Under the pieces are notes generated by a model. It was not told the origin of the DNA. It searched no databases and was given only the letters and a program-made list of their open reading frames with translations. The position numbers and the translations under genes are program-made. This document shows, piece after piece, positions 32,134 to 40,435 of a DNA stretch of 64,000 nt. Origin of the DNA: Candidatus Poribacteria bacterium (GTDB lineage: Bacteria > Poribacteria > WGA-4E > GCA-2687025). The first letter of the stretch is position 1, and every line of letters begins with the position of its first letter. The stretch is from positions 3,488,001 through 3,552,000 of the forward strand of contig OY762492.1 in NCBI GenBank assembly GCA_963665845.2. The letters are read 5' to 3'.

Positions 32134-32217
32134 GTCATTCCCGCCCCCTCCTTGTCATTCCCGCCCCCTCCTTGTCATTCCCGCCCCCTCCTCGTCATTC
32201 CCGCGCAAGCGGGAATC
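32134..32217 (+). repeat. 20-bp tandem array of REP half-units ending in a full REP-A
   Basis: GTCATTCCCGCCCCCTCCTy at 32134, 32154 and 32174, then a full REP at 32194. Confidence 0.9.
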
Positions 32218-32264
32218 TTAGACGCCGCAGAAACCTTTCGCGCCCGCCAGACGTCATGTCAAGT

Positions 32265-32432
32265 ATGACCTCACGCCTAAAGTTGGGACATTTGAACGAC
32301 CAAAGCCTTTATTCATGGGGAAAAAGCCTCGCAGACCAGATCGTCATTCCCGCGTAAGCGGGAATCCAGAGGCGCCGCAGACGACGTCCGCGTCCGCCCG
32401 CCGGCATGTCCCAACTAAAGACGTAAGGTCTG
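32265..32432 (+). mobile_element. Family C MITE
   Basis: TIRs plus 9-bp TSD ATGTCAAGT (32256, 32433). Confidence 0.88.
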
Positions 32433-32444
32433 ATGTCAAGTGTC

Positions 32445-32473
32445 TTGACACGTGAATCAGCCGATGTTATTGT
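32445..32473 (+). promoter_or_regulatory. Sigma70 promoter
   Basis: TTGACA-17-TATTGT with an extended -10 TG. Confidence 0.55.
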
Positions 32474-32524
32474 GTTGGCGCATCGGCAAGAAAGCTGTTG
32501 ATTCAAAAGAACCTAGGTTACGGT

Positions 32525-32902
32525 ATGTCAATGAACGAGAACACAATGGCGAATATAAAGCTTCTGCGTGAGAAGACGCAGCGGCGTCTGGAATCCAAGC
32601 TGGCGTCTGTGAATCTGGCGCCTGCAACGTTTGGTCTCAAGGCGGGATGGGATCCGACCCCCTATGTCGAGTATATCGACCAGGAGCATGTCCGCGTCTG
32701 CATTCAGGTTGGCGAATTCATGATCTTTCTCGATACGCAGCGGAAAGAGCTGTGCGGTCAACATAAATACGCTAAGCATGCGATCCCAGTGGGCGCTGAC
32801 TTGGCGGAGATTGTCGCTGAATACTGGCAATGGCGGCGCGCCTGCATTCTGGCGCGGGAAGCAGAAATTGAGGCGGAGAAACAAGATATTCCTGTTTTCT
32901 AA
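32525..32902 (+). CDS. Hypothetical protein
   Basis: ORF downstream of the promoter, convergent with the algJ-like gene; no family recognised. Confidence 0.55.
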   Translation: MSMNENTMANIKLLREKTQRRLESKLASVNLAPATFGLKAGWDPTPYVEYIDQEHVRVCIQVGEFMIFLDTQRKELCGQHKYAKHAIPVGADLAEIVAEYWQWRRACILAREAEIEAEKQDIPVF

Positions 32903-32935
32903 GCGGGCTTCAGGCTCATCCGGCGAACTTCAATA

Positions 32936-34375
32936 TCAAAACCTTTGAAAGCTCTCGCCCCAGTAGACATCCAGAAGCCAGGACTCTTCGCTCTCCAGCT
33001 CTTTTCGGCTGTAACGCCCGTATTCCGCTTCCGCCTCCGACCATGGGCGCAGCCGCAGCTCTACCCGATCGCCGACCTCCAAAGAAGCGGCGCGCGTCCA
33101 CTCATGCGCGCGCATTCCCCACACAAACGCGACCGCCTCCGCAGGCGTCTCCGCGCCCGCGCCTAACAGCGACAGCTCGCCTAAACGAAGCGCGATGACG
33201 CAATCGCCGTACGGCGTGGAACCCGGCGCCGGCGGCCGCGTCAACTCCAACACCACGCCGCGCGCCAGACCCGCCTCTGACAGCGCAGGCTGCTCAGGCG
33301 AACGCTCAAACGAACCCATCGGATACAGCCGCCAATCGCCCCAAGACAGCTCCCGCGCCGCAAATTGCCACAACACAACCCGCGCGTTCGCCAAACGACC
33401 CGAATCGCGCGCCAGTTCGCGCCGCGTCGTATGGCTGCCCCCCTCGTTCAACACGATGCGGTCAACCGGACGCCCAAGCGCATAGGACAATTGCTCCGCA
33501 AACCCAGCCGACGATCCCCAGCTCATCTCCTCCAGCGAATAGATGTTGCTGAAGCTGTCGCCCAGCAGCAGAATTTCGGCGCCGCGCCGCGCCTGCCAAG
33601 GCGTTCCGTCCGCCGCCGCTATCGGCTCAATCTCGACCCGCTCCGCCGGCAGATCGATGTCCAGCATTCCCGCCAGATCGCCCCGCCCCTTGACCGAGCG
33701 CGTTTGGCGAACATATCGGTCGGTTTTCGGCGACAGATCAACGCGCGCCTCCTCAACCCGCGCTTCGATGAAACGCGCCGCCTCCTCCGATATCTCGCGC
33801 ATCGCCGAGGGGGTCCAGTGCGTGTCGGTTTTCAGATAGGCGCGCGGAACCGCCTCCAGCGTCCAGACGCCCTCGCCGCGCAGCCGCTCAATAAACGCTT
33901 CATAGGACGGGTTGCGCAGGACAGTCCCTGGTTCAAGCCGCCGCCGCGTGAAATGCGTCCACTCGACCGCCGACTTCGGCGCGACCGGCATGACGATGAG
34001 ACGAATGCCGCGCTCCTCCAGCTGACGCTGAAAATCCAGTATCGCATTCAGCGGCTGTTCAATCGAAAAGGGGGCGCCGGAGGTGTGTTCTATGTCCGGC
34101 TGATAAAAAAGCCAGCCGCCCTTGCCAAGATACGCCTGTCCGCCGCCCGCCGCGCCGACATGCGTCAACGCGCGCTGCGTCCAAGGGCGCAGCCGCTCCG
34201 ACAACGGCGGCCGCTCCTCCAGCGCGTCCTCATACGCCTCTATGTGCGGGAGGGAAATGCCGGCGGGGGGAGGAGGCGCGCCTTCTCCAAACAGCTGATG
34301 AAGCAGCGCCGGAACCCCAACCGTCAAGCAGAAGAGAATGACGATCGCCCATCTCGTTTTAGAAAATGCCGCCAT
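32936..34375 (-). CDS. AlgJ/AlgX-type SGNH O-acetyltransferase with an extra C-terminal domain
   Basis: GKGGWLFY, P.K, KTDTHWT, GDL..ML, LLLGDSFS. Confidence 0.9.
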   Translation of the reverse strand: MAAFSKTRWAIVILFCLTVGVPALLHQLFGEGAPPPPAGISLPHIEAYEDALEERPPLSERLRPWTQRALTHVGAAGGGQAYLGKGGWLFYQPDIEHTSGAPFSIEQPLNAILDFQRQLEERGIRLIVMPVAPKSAVEWTHFTRRRLEPGTVLRNPSYEAFIERLRGEGVWTLEAVPRAYLKTDTHWTPSAMREISEEAARFIEARVEEARVDLSPKTDRYVRQTRSVKGRGDLAGMLDIDLPAERVEIEPIAAADGTPWQARRGAEILLLGDSFSNIYSLEEMSWGSSAGFAEQLSYALGRPVDRIVLNEGGSHTTRRELARDSGRLANARVVLWQFAARELSWGDWRLYPMGSFERSPEQPALSEAGLARGVVLELTRPPAPGSTPYGDCVIALRLGELSLLGAGAETPAEAVAFVWGMRAHEWTRAASLEVGDRVELRLRPWSEAEAEYGRYSRKELESEESWLLDVYWGESFQRF

Positions 34376-34639
34376 CTGTTGACCGCCTATTCGCCCGCTT
34401 TGATGAAAGCGAACTGATGATACCGCGCGCCGATGCCGCGGTCAACGGCGGCGCGTCCGATTCCCCCTTGAAAAGGGGGTTAGGGGGTTTGAGCCGCGCG
34501 CCGACGCGTCCGATTCCCCCTTGAAAAGGGGGGCTAGGGGGGTTTTATGCGCCGCAGAAACTGTCCGATCCTCAATTCGTCATTCCCGCGCAAGCGGGAA
34601 TCTAGAGGCGCCGCAGAAGCCGCCCGCGTTCCCATGCCC

Positions 34640-35218
34640 TTAAGTTGGGACATTGTCTTGAGGCATTCCTCTCGATTCTTCATAAGCCTCGACAAGCGCT
34701 TTTGCCGCGCTTGGCGTCAATGCGCCTTCCGTCAACATCGCCCGAATTTTCAGTAAAAACGGATTTTCCGTATTCTCGAGGCTTCGCGTTAAATCCTCCA
34801 ACATCGATTTTCTATGTTCAGCCTCTCTTATTCTTTTGAGAAGTACCGGAAACAAGACGCCGAAAATGATTGCGCCAAGGAGTCCGCCATAACCAAATCC
34901 GAACCATACGCCGTAAGGTTGTCCGGACAGAAATGCAGCGATGCCGACGACGAGTGAAACGACCGAGAGGAGAAACGCGAAGGCGTGGACTCCTAAAGTA
35001 AGTTTCACCGCTTTTCCTCTTGACGCAAACACGCCTCCCAATGTGCCGACAACCCCGCCAAGGATGCCCAATGTCGAACCGAGTATCCCCCCTATCCATC
35101 CAGGGTGGACCCAAGGTTCGACGACACGCGCTCCGTTTTGAGCCGACGCGCTCAAGCATAAAACCGAGAAGAGGACGCTCAACGCGGCGGCGAAGCGAAC
35201 GAACCGATTGCCTGTCAT
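34640..35218 (-). CDS. Hypothetical membrane protein (signal peptide + 3 TM)
   Basis: GGAGG RBS; hydrophobic Gly-rich helices; co-oriented after the ECF gene. Confidence 0.75.
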   Translation of the reverse strand: MTGNRFVRFAAALSVLFSVLCLSASAQNGARVVEPWVHPGWIGGILGSTLGILGGVVGTLGGVFASRGKAVKLTLGVHAFAFLLSVVSLVVGIAAFLSGQPYGVWFGFGYGGLLGAIIFGVLFPVLLKRIREAEHRKSMLEDLTRSLENTENPFLLKIRAMLTEGALTPSAAKALVEAYEESRGMPQDNVPT

Positions 35219-35243
35219 GAGAAGAATTCCTCCATTCTTATGG

Positions 35244-36560
35244 TTAGTCTTTGCCCTGAAACGAATCATTGGCGCGTTTCTGCGCCGCCGACCATTTCGC
35301 CCGATATTCAGGATTCTCCTGTATCTTGCGCATGATATCTTGAGGCGTCATACCGCCCATGAGAAGCATTTCCAACTTTGAAGGGATGCCAATAGAGCTA
35401 GCCGCGCTTCTAAACATCGCATCCTTCTTTACACTTGCTGAATTTGCGTCGTGAATGATCATGCGATCCAAGACGTTGACGAAATACTTTTCGGATACCT
35501 GCGCTTTCCGCTCTTCAACCGACGCCCCTTGCCGCCGCAATTGAGCGTCCAGATTGGCAAGGTCCTCCATTGATTCGGTCATTACGTCCGCATACTCCGT
35601 CAATTCAGGCGAATGGGCTTTCAGCTTTTTTGCGAAGTCGAACACTTCCTGAATGCCCTCTAGGAGCTGGTTTGCAAAATCGTCAAGAACGTCGGCGGGA
35701 GCGGCCTCCGGGGGCGGAGCGGTCAAGGTTTCCGGCGTTTCGCCGGCGTCCTGCGGGGCGTCAGAAGAGAGCGTTGAGTCGGCGCCGTTAGCTGTTTCGG
35801 TTTGGGTTGAGACGCCGTCGTTTGAAGCGCCGTCGTTTGAAGCGCTGGTCTCGACAGGCGGCGTCTGCTCTTCAATCGTCAACCCCGGCGTCTCGCTGTT
35901 GGATGAACCGCCGTATTCCAGCCAGAGATACCCGCCCAGCAGCGCGAGAATCAGAACTGCCGTAATTCCAAGAACGATCTTCGTTGATTTTGTCATGAGA
36001 ACGATTCCTCCAAATGCGTTGCGCGTCAGGTTGACAAGCGGCAAAACGAGCGCGATCTTCATGCCTTCCATTATTTTTTTGAGACGCTGTTTGGCGCGGT
36101 GCAGCCGTATCCCGACCGCCGAATAGGACAACCCATGCCGCTTCTGCAGATCGGCGTACGACTCCTCGTCCATATACCTCCCGCGCAGCAGATCGCGGTC
36201 AACAGGGTTCAGCCTGTTCATCGCTTGGCGTATCAGCTCGTTCCTCTCCGCTTGTTCGAGGGCGTCCAGCGGGTCGCTTTCGTCTGTCAGCTCCGCCTCG
36301 TCCGTCAGCGGATGCTCTGCCCTGCGGTAATGCGCTCGGTTCCAGTCGTCCGCCACGTTGCGCGCAATGCCGGCGATCCACTGCTTCAGCTTGGCAGGGT
36401 CGCGCAGCTGCGCTCGGTTCGCATAGACCCGCGCGATTGTTTCTTGGACGAAGTCGTCCAGCTCGTTTTGGTTGCGCAGTTTGCGTCTCCCGACGGCGCG
36501 TATATGCTCCATCTGTTCCAGAACCGTCTTGTCGAAATCGGTCAGCGGTCGATCTTTCAA
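35244..36560 (-). CDS. ECF sigma factor fused to a TM helix and an extracytoplasmic domain
   Basis: DFVQET, WIAGIARN (region 2); SYADL....V..RLHRAK (region 4); TM IVLGITAVLILALLGGYLW. Confidence 0.9.
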   Translation of the reverse strand: MKDRPLTDFDKTVLEQMEHIRAVGRRKLRNQNELDDFVQETIARVYANRAQLRDPAKLKQWIAGIARNVADDWNRAHYRRAEHPLTDEAELTDESDPLDALEQAERNELIRQAMNRLNPVDRDLLRGRYMDEESYADLQKRHGLSYSAVGIRLHRAKQRLKKIMEGMKIALVLPLVNLTRNAFGGIVLMTKSTKIVLGITAVLILALLGGYLWLEYGGSSNSETPGLTIEEQTPPVETSASNDGASNDGVSTQTETANGADSTLSSDAPQDAGETPETLTAPPPEAAPADVLDDFANQLLEGIQEVFDFAKKLKAHSPELTEYADVMTESMEDLANLDAQLRRQGASVEERKAQVSEKYFVNVLDRMIIHDANSASVKKDAMFRSAASSIGIPSKLEMLLMGGMTPQDIMRKIQENPEYRAKWSAAQKRANDSFQGKD

Positions 36561-36669
36561 AGCGCAACTCCCTCGTTCAGATGGTTTGTAGCGTTCGCCC
36601 TGCAGATTTTACATGTTTTTGCGGGCATTACGCTCATACGGGATATTCGCGGCGCCGCGTCCGATTCCC

Positions 36670-36837
36670 CTGACCTCATCCTTAGAGTTGGGACAATTCT
36701 GGTTGTGAACGCGGACGGTTTCGGGGTAGACTCTGGATTCCCGCTTGCGCGGGAATGACGGTTTGGTTGGCGGCGCCTTTTTCCCATGAATAAAGCGATT
36801 GTCGGTTCAAATGTCCCAACTTTATACATGAGGTCAG
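36670..36837 (-). mobile_element. Family C MITE inserted into a REP-B
   Basis: TIRs CTGACCTCAT / ATGAGGTCAG; flanks ATTCCC / ATTCTC. Confidence 0.85.
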
Positions 36838-37066
36838 ATTCTCCCCTTGAAAAGGGGGTTAGGGGGGTTTAGCGCCTGCGGTAAAGCGCGCGGGAATCCA
36901 GAGGCGTCGCAGACGACGTTCGCGTTCGCCCGTCATGCCCGCGCCCGGGAGGCGTCATTTATATAATGACTCCCGCATAAGCGGGAATCTAGAGGCGCCG
37001 CAAGAGACGTCTCGCGTCCGCTATCAGATTTGTCTCAAATCTATGGGCAGGCTCAGAGAAATCCCA

Positions 37067-37408
37067 TTATTTGATGACCAGATTCACGATTACCATGACC
37101 AGGGGTCCCAGTAGACCAGCCGCAAGCCCGATGATGATAATGCTGCCGGCGATTTTTCCCTCGAGCCGCGCGATGGCTTTTCCATTGTCCAAGATGGCTT
37201 TTCCATTGTCCAAGATGGCGTTTCTGTTCACCTCAATGGCGTTTTTGTTCGCTTCAATGGCGTTTTTGTTCGCTTCAATGGCGATTCTGTTTTCCGCGAT
37301 CGCGCTTCTGTTTTCCGCGATCGCGTCTTCGAGGCGGTCTGCCCGCGCAATGTGGGCGTCAAGTTTTTGGATCAGCGCGTAGAGTTCCCCACTGATGTCG
37401 TCGTTCAT
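37067..37408 (-). CDS. Small heptad-repeat coiled-coil protein with a C-terminal membrane anchor
   Basis: Eight AIxxNxx-type heptads encoded by 21-bp tandem repeats; C-terminal TM; GAGGAG RBS. Confidence 0.8.
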   Translation of the reverse strand: MNDDISGELYALIQKLDAHIARADRLEDAIAENRSAIAENRIAIEANKNAIEANKNAIEVNRNAILDNGKAILDNGKAIARLEGKIAGSIIIIGLAAGLLGPLVMVIVNLVIK

Positions 37409-37648
37409 GGCGTATCTCCTCAGTTGTGGGCGGATGATGCCACCGCTTTCATCATACGATAAGCGTCTTTAAAATGCAAGCATTCTGTCGGCGAAGTGGG
37501 CTGCGGAGCTTTCCGTCCGCGGCAGTAAGTCCCGCCCCGACGCGCCCTTCGCCTTCTAAAATCCCCAGCCCCCCTTTTCAAGGGGAGTCCAGAAGCCCCG
37601 CGTCCGGCAGGCGTCATTCCTGCCCTTAACGTATTTTAGATGCGCTCG

Positions 37649-38206
37649 TCAGGTATCCGAGTCGTTTTCATGCTCTCTGTTTTGAAGCTGGCGCGTCAGT
37701 TCATCAACCTGTCGGCGGAGGTACGCCAGTTCAGCGTTTTGGGGCGATCTTGCGTCGCTCATCAGAATGGTTAGGTCGGCGATTTCTTGGCGCAGCCGCG
37801 CGACCTCCTCGTCCGGCGGCTGCTGCGCGTTTTTCAGCTGGCGCGTCAGGTCGTTGATCTGCTCCTGCATATGAGCGATTTCCCGCTCCGAACGCGATTC
37901 CCGTTCCTGCCGCCGCCATCCCGACGAAGCGGAAAAACGCCGACTCGTCCGCTCTCTTCTCGCCGTATAAGACTGCTCAACCCGTTCATAATCTTCCTCG
38001 TCCCACTCCATATCCCGCTCCCGCCTCTGCCGAAGCGTCCGCGTAAAACGCGGTTTCGGTACTCGCCGCAATAGCGTGTCCATTCTATTGCCGGACTCCG
38101 TGGACTTTTTCTGCCCCCCGAAAAAACCAATAACGGCTCCAACGCCGACCGTACCTAAAAGAAAAAAGCAGCAGCAAAGCAAGCATTCCAAAGAGCCTAC
38201 CATCAT
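37649..38206 (-). CDS. Membrane-anchored protein with three short coiled-coil repeats
   Basis: Cys-rich N-terminal TM; EIAHMQEQINDLT / EVARLRQEIADLT / ELAYLRRQVDELT. Confidence 0.7.
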   Translation of the reverse strand: MMVGSLECLLCCCFFLLGTVGVGAVIGFFGGQKKSTESGNRMDTLLRRVPKPRFTRTLRQRRERDMEWDEEDYERVEQSYTARRERTSRRFSASSGWRRQERESRSEREIAHMQEQINDLTRQLKNAQQPPDEEVARLRQEIADLTILMSDARSPQNAELAYLRRQVDELTRQLQNREHENDSDT

Positions 38207-38226
38207 CCTCCCGTGAGCAGGTTCGG

Positions 38227-39630
38227 TTAAAAAATGAAGTAGATAAAGGGATTATACGTCTGGGCGGACAATAACGCTAGCGACAGCCACAAGCCCGCCA
38301 GCGCCGCCCCCGCTTTCAACGGCGTCAACCGCTCCGTCCAGTCCCACGCCGTCGGAGAGAGCCACACCGTCAACCCGCTGACTGCCATGCTGATCAGATA
38401 ATACGGCTGATACAGAACGCCCGATACGAGCGCCGCCTCCGGCGTCGGCGATCCGATCCCCGCCAGAGAGCCTAAAAACGCCCATGCCGAGCCGAGGTCA
38501 GGGGCGCGGAAAAACGCCCAGCCGAGGCACACCAGTAAAAAGGTCAGCCCGACGCGCGCCCCGCGCGGCAATCCGCTGTACGCCGCCCGCTTTCCGCGCC
38601 AGCGTTCCAGCGCCAGCATCCCGCCATGCAGCGACCCCCAGACGACGAAGTTCCAAGAGGCGCCATGCCATAGCCCGCCGAGTATCATCACCAGCGCGAG
38701 GTTTAGATAGGTGCGCCGCGGACCTTTGCGGTTGCCGCCGAGCGGTATATAAAGGTAGTCGCGCAGCCAGCTGGAAAGGGAGATATGCCATCGGCGCCAA
38801 AATTCGGTGATCGATTCGGAGCGGTACGGCGAGTCGAAGTTCTTTGGAAACGCGAAGCCGAGCGTCAAGCCGAGGCCGATCGCCATATCGGAGTAACCGC
38901 TGAAATCGAAGTAGATCTGAAACGCATACGCGAGCAAGCCGTACCAAGCGTCCAGAAAATGGAGCGACCCAGCCTCAAAGACCGTGTCTGCCATTTTACC
39001 GCACGGGTTCGCCAGCGCGACCTTCTTCGCCATGCCGACCGAAAAAAGAGCCGCCCCACGCGCAAACTTCTCCAACGTATGCGTACGGCTGCGCAGCTGC
39101 TCCGACACATCCGAAAAACGCACAATCGGACCCGCCACCAGTTGCGGAAACATCGACACATAACAGGCGAAGTCGATGAAACGGCGAATCGGCTGCGCGT
39201 CCCCCCTGTAGACATCGATCGTGTAACTCATCGACTGAAACGTATAAAAGCTGATGCCGAGCGGAAGCGCGACCTGCAAGGCGCCTTCCCATGCGGGCGA
39301 CTCCAAACCGACGAGCCGCATGAGCGCGGCGGCGTTTTCAGAAGCGAAGTTGAAATATTTGAAGAAGCCGAGAAGCGACAGGTTCGCGCAGATGGAAACA
39401 ACTACGGCGCGCTTGCGGGTCGATTCGCCGCCCGACATCGCCAGCCCGCACCGGTAATCGACCAGCGTGGAGCCGAGCATGAGCAGTATGAACCACGGGT
39501 TCGCCCAGCCGTAAAACAGGTAGCTGAACGCGGTCAGCGCCAAATGCTTCGCCCGCCGCGGCATCAGATAATAAACGGCGAGCGCCAGCGGCAGATAATA
39601 ATAAACGAACAGCGGCGAACTAAAGACCAT
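38227..39630 (-). CDS. AlgI-type MBOAT O-acyltransferase
   Basis: MVFSS, PLGISFYTFQ, FPQLVAGPI, YFDFSGYSDMA, FWRRWHISLS, GLWHGA. Confidence 0.96.
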   Translation of the reverse strand: MVFSSPLFVYYYLPLALAVYYLMPRRAKHLALTAFSYLFYGWANPWFILLMLGSTLVDYRCGLAMSGGESTRKRAVVVSICANLSLLGFFKYFNFASENAAALMRLVGLESPAWEGALQVALPLGISFYTFQSMSYTIDVYRGDAQPIRRFIDFACYVSMFPQLVAGPIVRFSDVSEQLRSRTHTLEKFARGAALFSVGMAKKVALANPCGKMADTVFEAGSLHFLDAWYGLLAYAFQIYFDFSGYSDMAIGLGLTLGFAFPKNFDSPYRSESITEFWRRWHISLSSWLRDYLYIPLGGNRKGPRRTYLNLALVMILGGLWHGASWNFVVWGSLHGGMLALERWRGKRAAYSGLPRGARVGLTFLLVCLGWAFFRAPDLGSAWAFLGSLAGIGSPTPEAALVSGVLYQPYYLISMAVSGLTVWLSPTAWDWTERLTPLKAGAALAGLWLSLALLSAQTYNPFIYFIF

Positions 39631-39655
39631 GCGCCATGCCGCGCCGGGCGCGCCG

Positions 39656-40435
39656 TTACAGCAGCGACGAGGGCGGCGGCGGAGGCAGCAGAGCGTTCCA
39701 GCCGTATCCAGGACCCTCGGCGTCCAGCGCCGTATCTTGCTCCATCAAGAGCGGCAACCCGTCGTCCATCGGAAACGCGTTGCTGACATAAGCGCCGTCT
39801 TGGGATTCATACGGGCGCAGGCGCAGTATATGCGCGCCGCCGATCTCATACGCCAGCGCCGGCTGACGCGCTTCGTTGCGAACCGCCCAGTGAGCCACGC
39901 GCAGGCGCAACTGATTGGTCAAACCCTTGATGCGCCGTAAAATGCGGTACTCATACACCACCAGCACATTGCGGAACGGCGCCTCTTCAAAAACGGGCAG
40001 CGGCGACTTCGCCACCAGCTCCGCCTCCACCATAAATTGGCTCTCCTCTACCGACGGATCGGAGCCGCTGTCCGCATCCTCTAAGGGCGGGTACGTTTCG
40101 TCGTCTATTGAGGCTGTCGCGCCGTTTCCGCCGCTCTCCGCGCTGTAAGGCTCAACGCTTTCGACATGCCGCTCGTTCGCTTCCCATTCGCGTATCATCT
40201 TTTCTAATTCGGCATTCGATATGCGTGAGCTTTCTTCGTCAAAATTCGGGTCTGCCTTTGAGACGGGAACATGCGTTTGGCGCGGCGTCTGAATCAACGG
40301 CGCCCCGCTCTCCTGCGAGCGGGTCGACATGCCCACATAATAGAGGGCTGCCGCCAACAAGCAGCCGAGTCCAAAACCAATCAAAAAAGCGAATCCGCGA
40401 TCCGATTTGCGCATATGCCGCCGCCTTTCCATCAA
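39656..40435 (-). CDS. Membrane-anchored hypothetical protein with the alg-cluster shared domain
   Basis: N-terminal TM, acidic linker, C-terminal domain resembling those of neighbouring genes. Confidence 0.75.
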   Translation of the reverse strand: MMERRRHMRKSDRGFAFLIGFGLGCLLAAALYYVGMSTRSQESGAPLIQTPRQTHVPVSKADPNFDEESSRISNAELEKMIREWEANERHVESVEPYSAESGGNGATASIDDETYPPLEDADSGSDPSVEESQFMVEAELVAKSPLPVFEEAPFRNVLVVYEYRILRRIKGLTNQLRLRVAHWAVRNEARQPALAYEIGGAHILRLRPYESQDGAYVSNAFPMDDGLPLLMEQDTALDAEGPGYGWNALLPPPPPSSLL

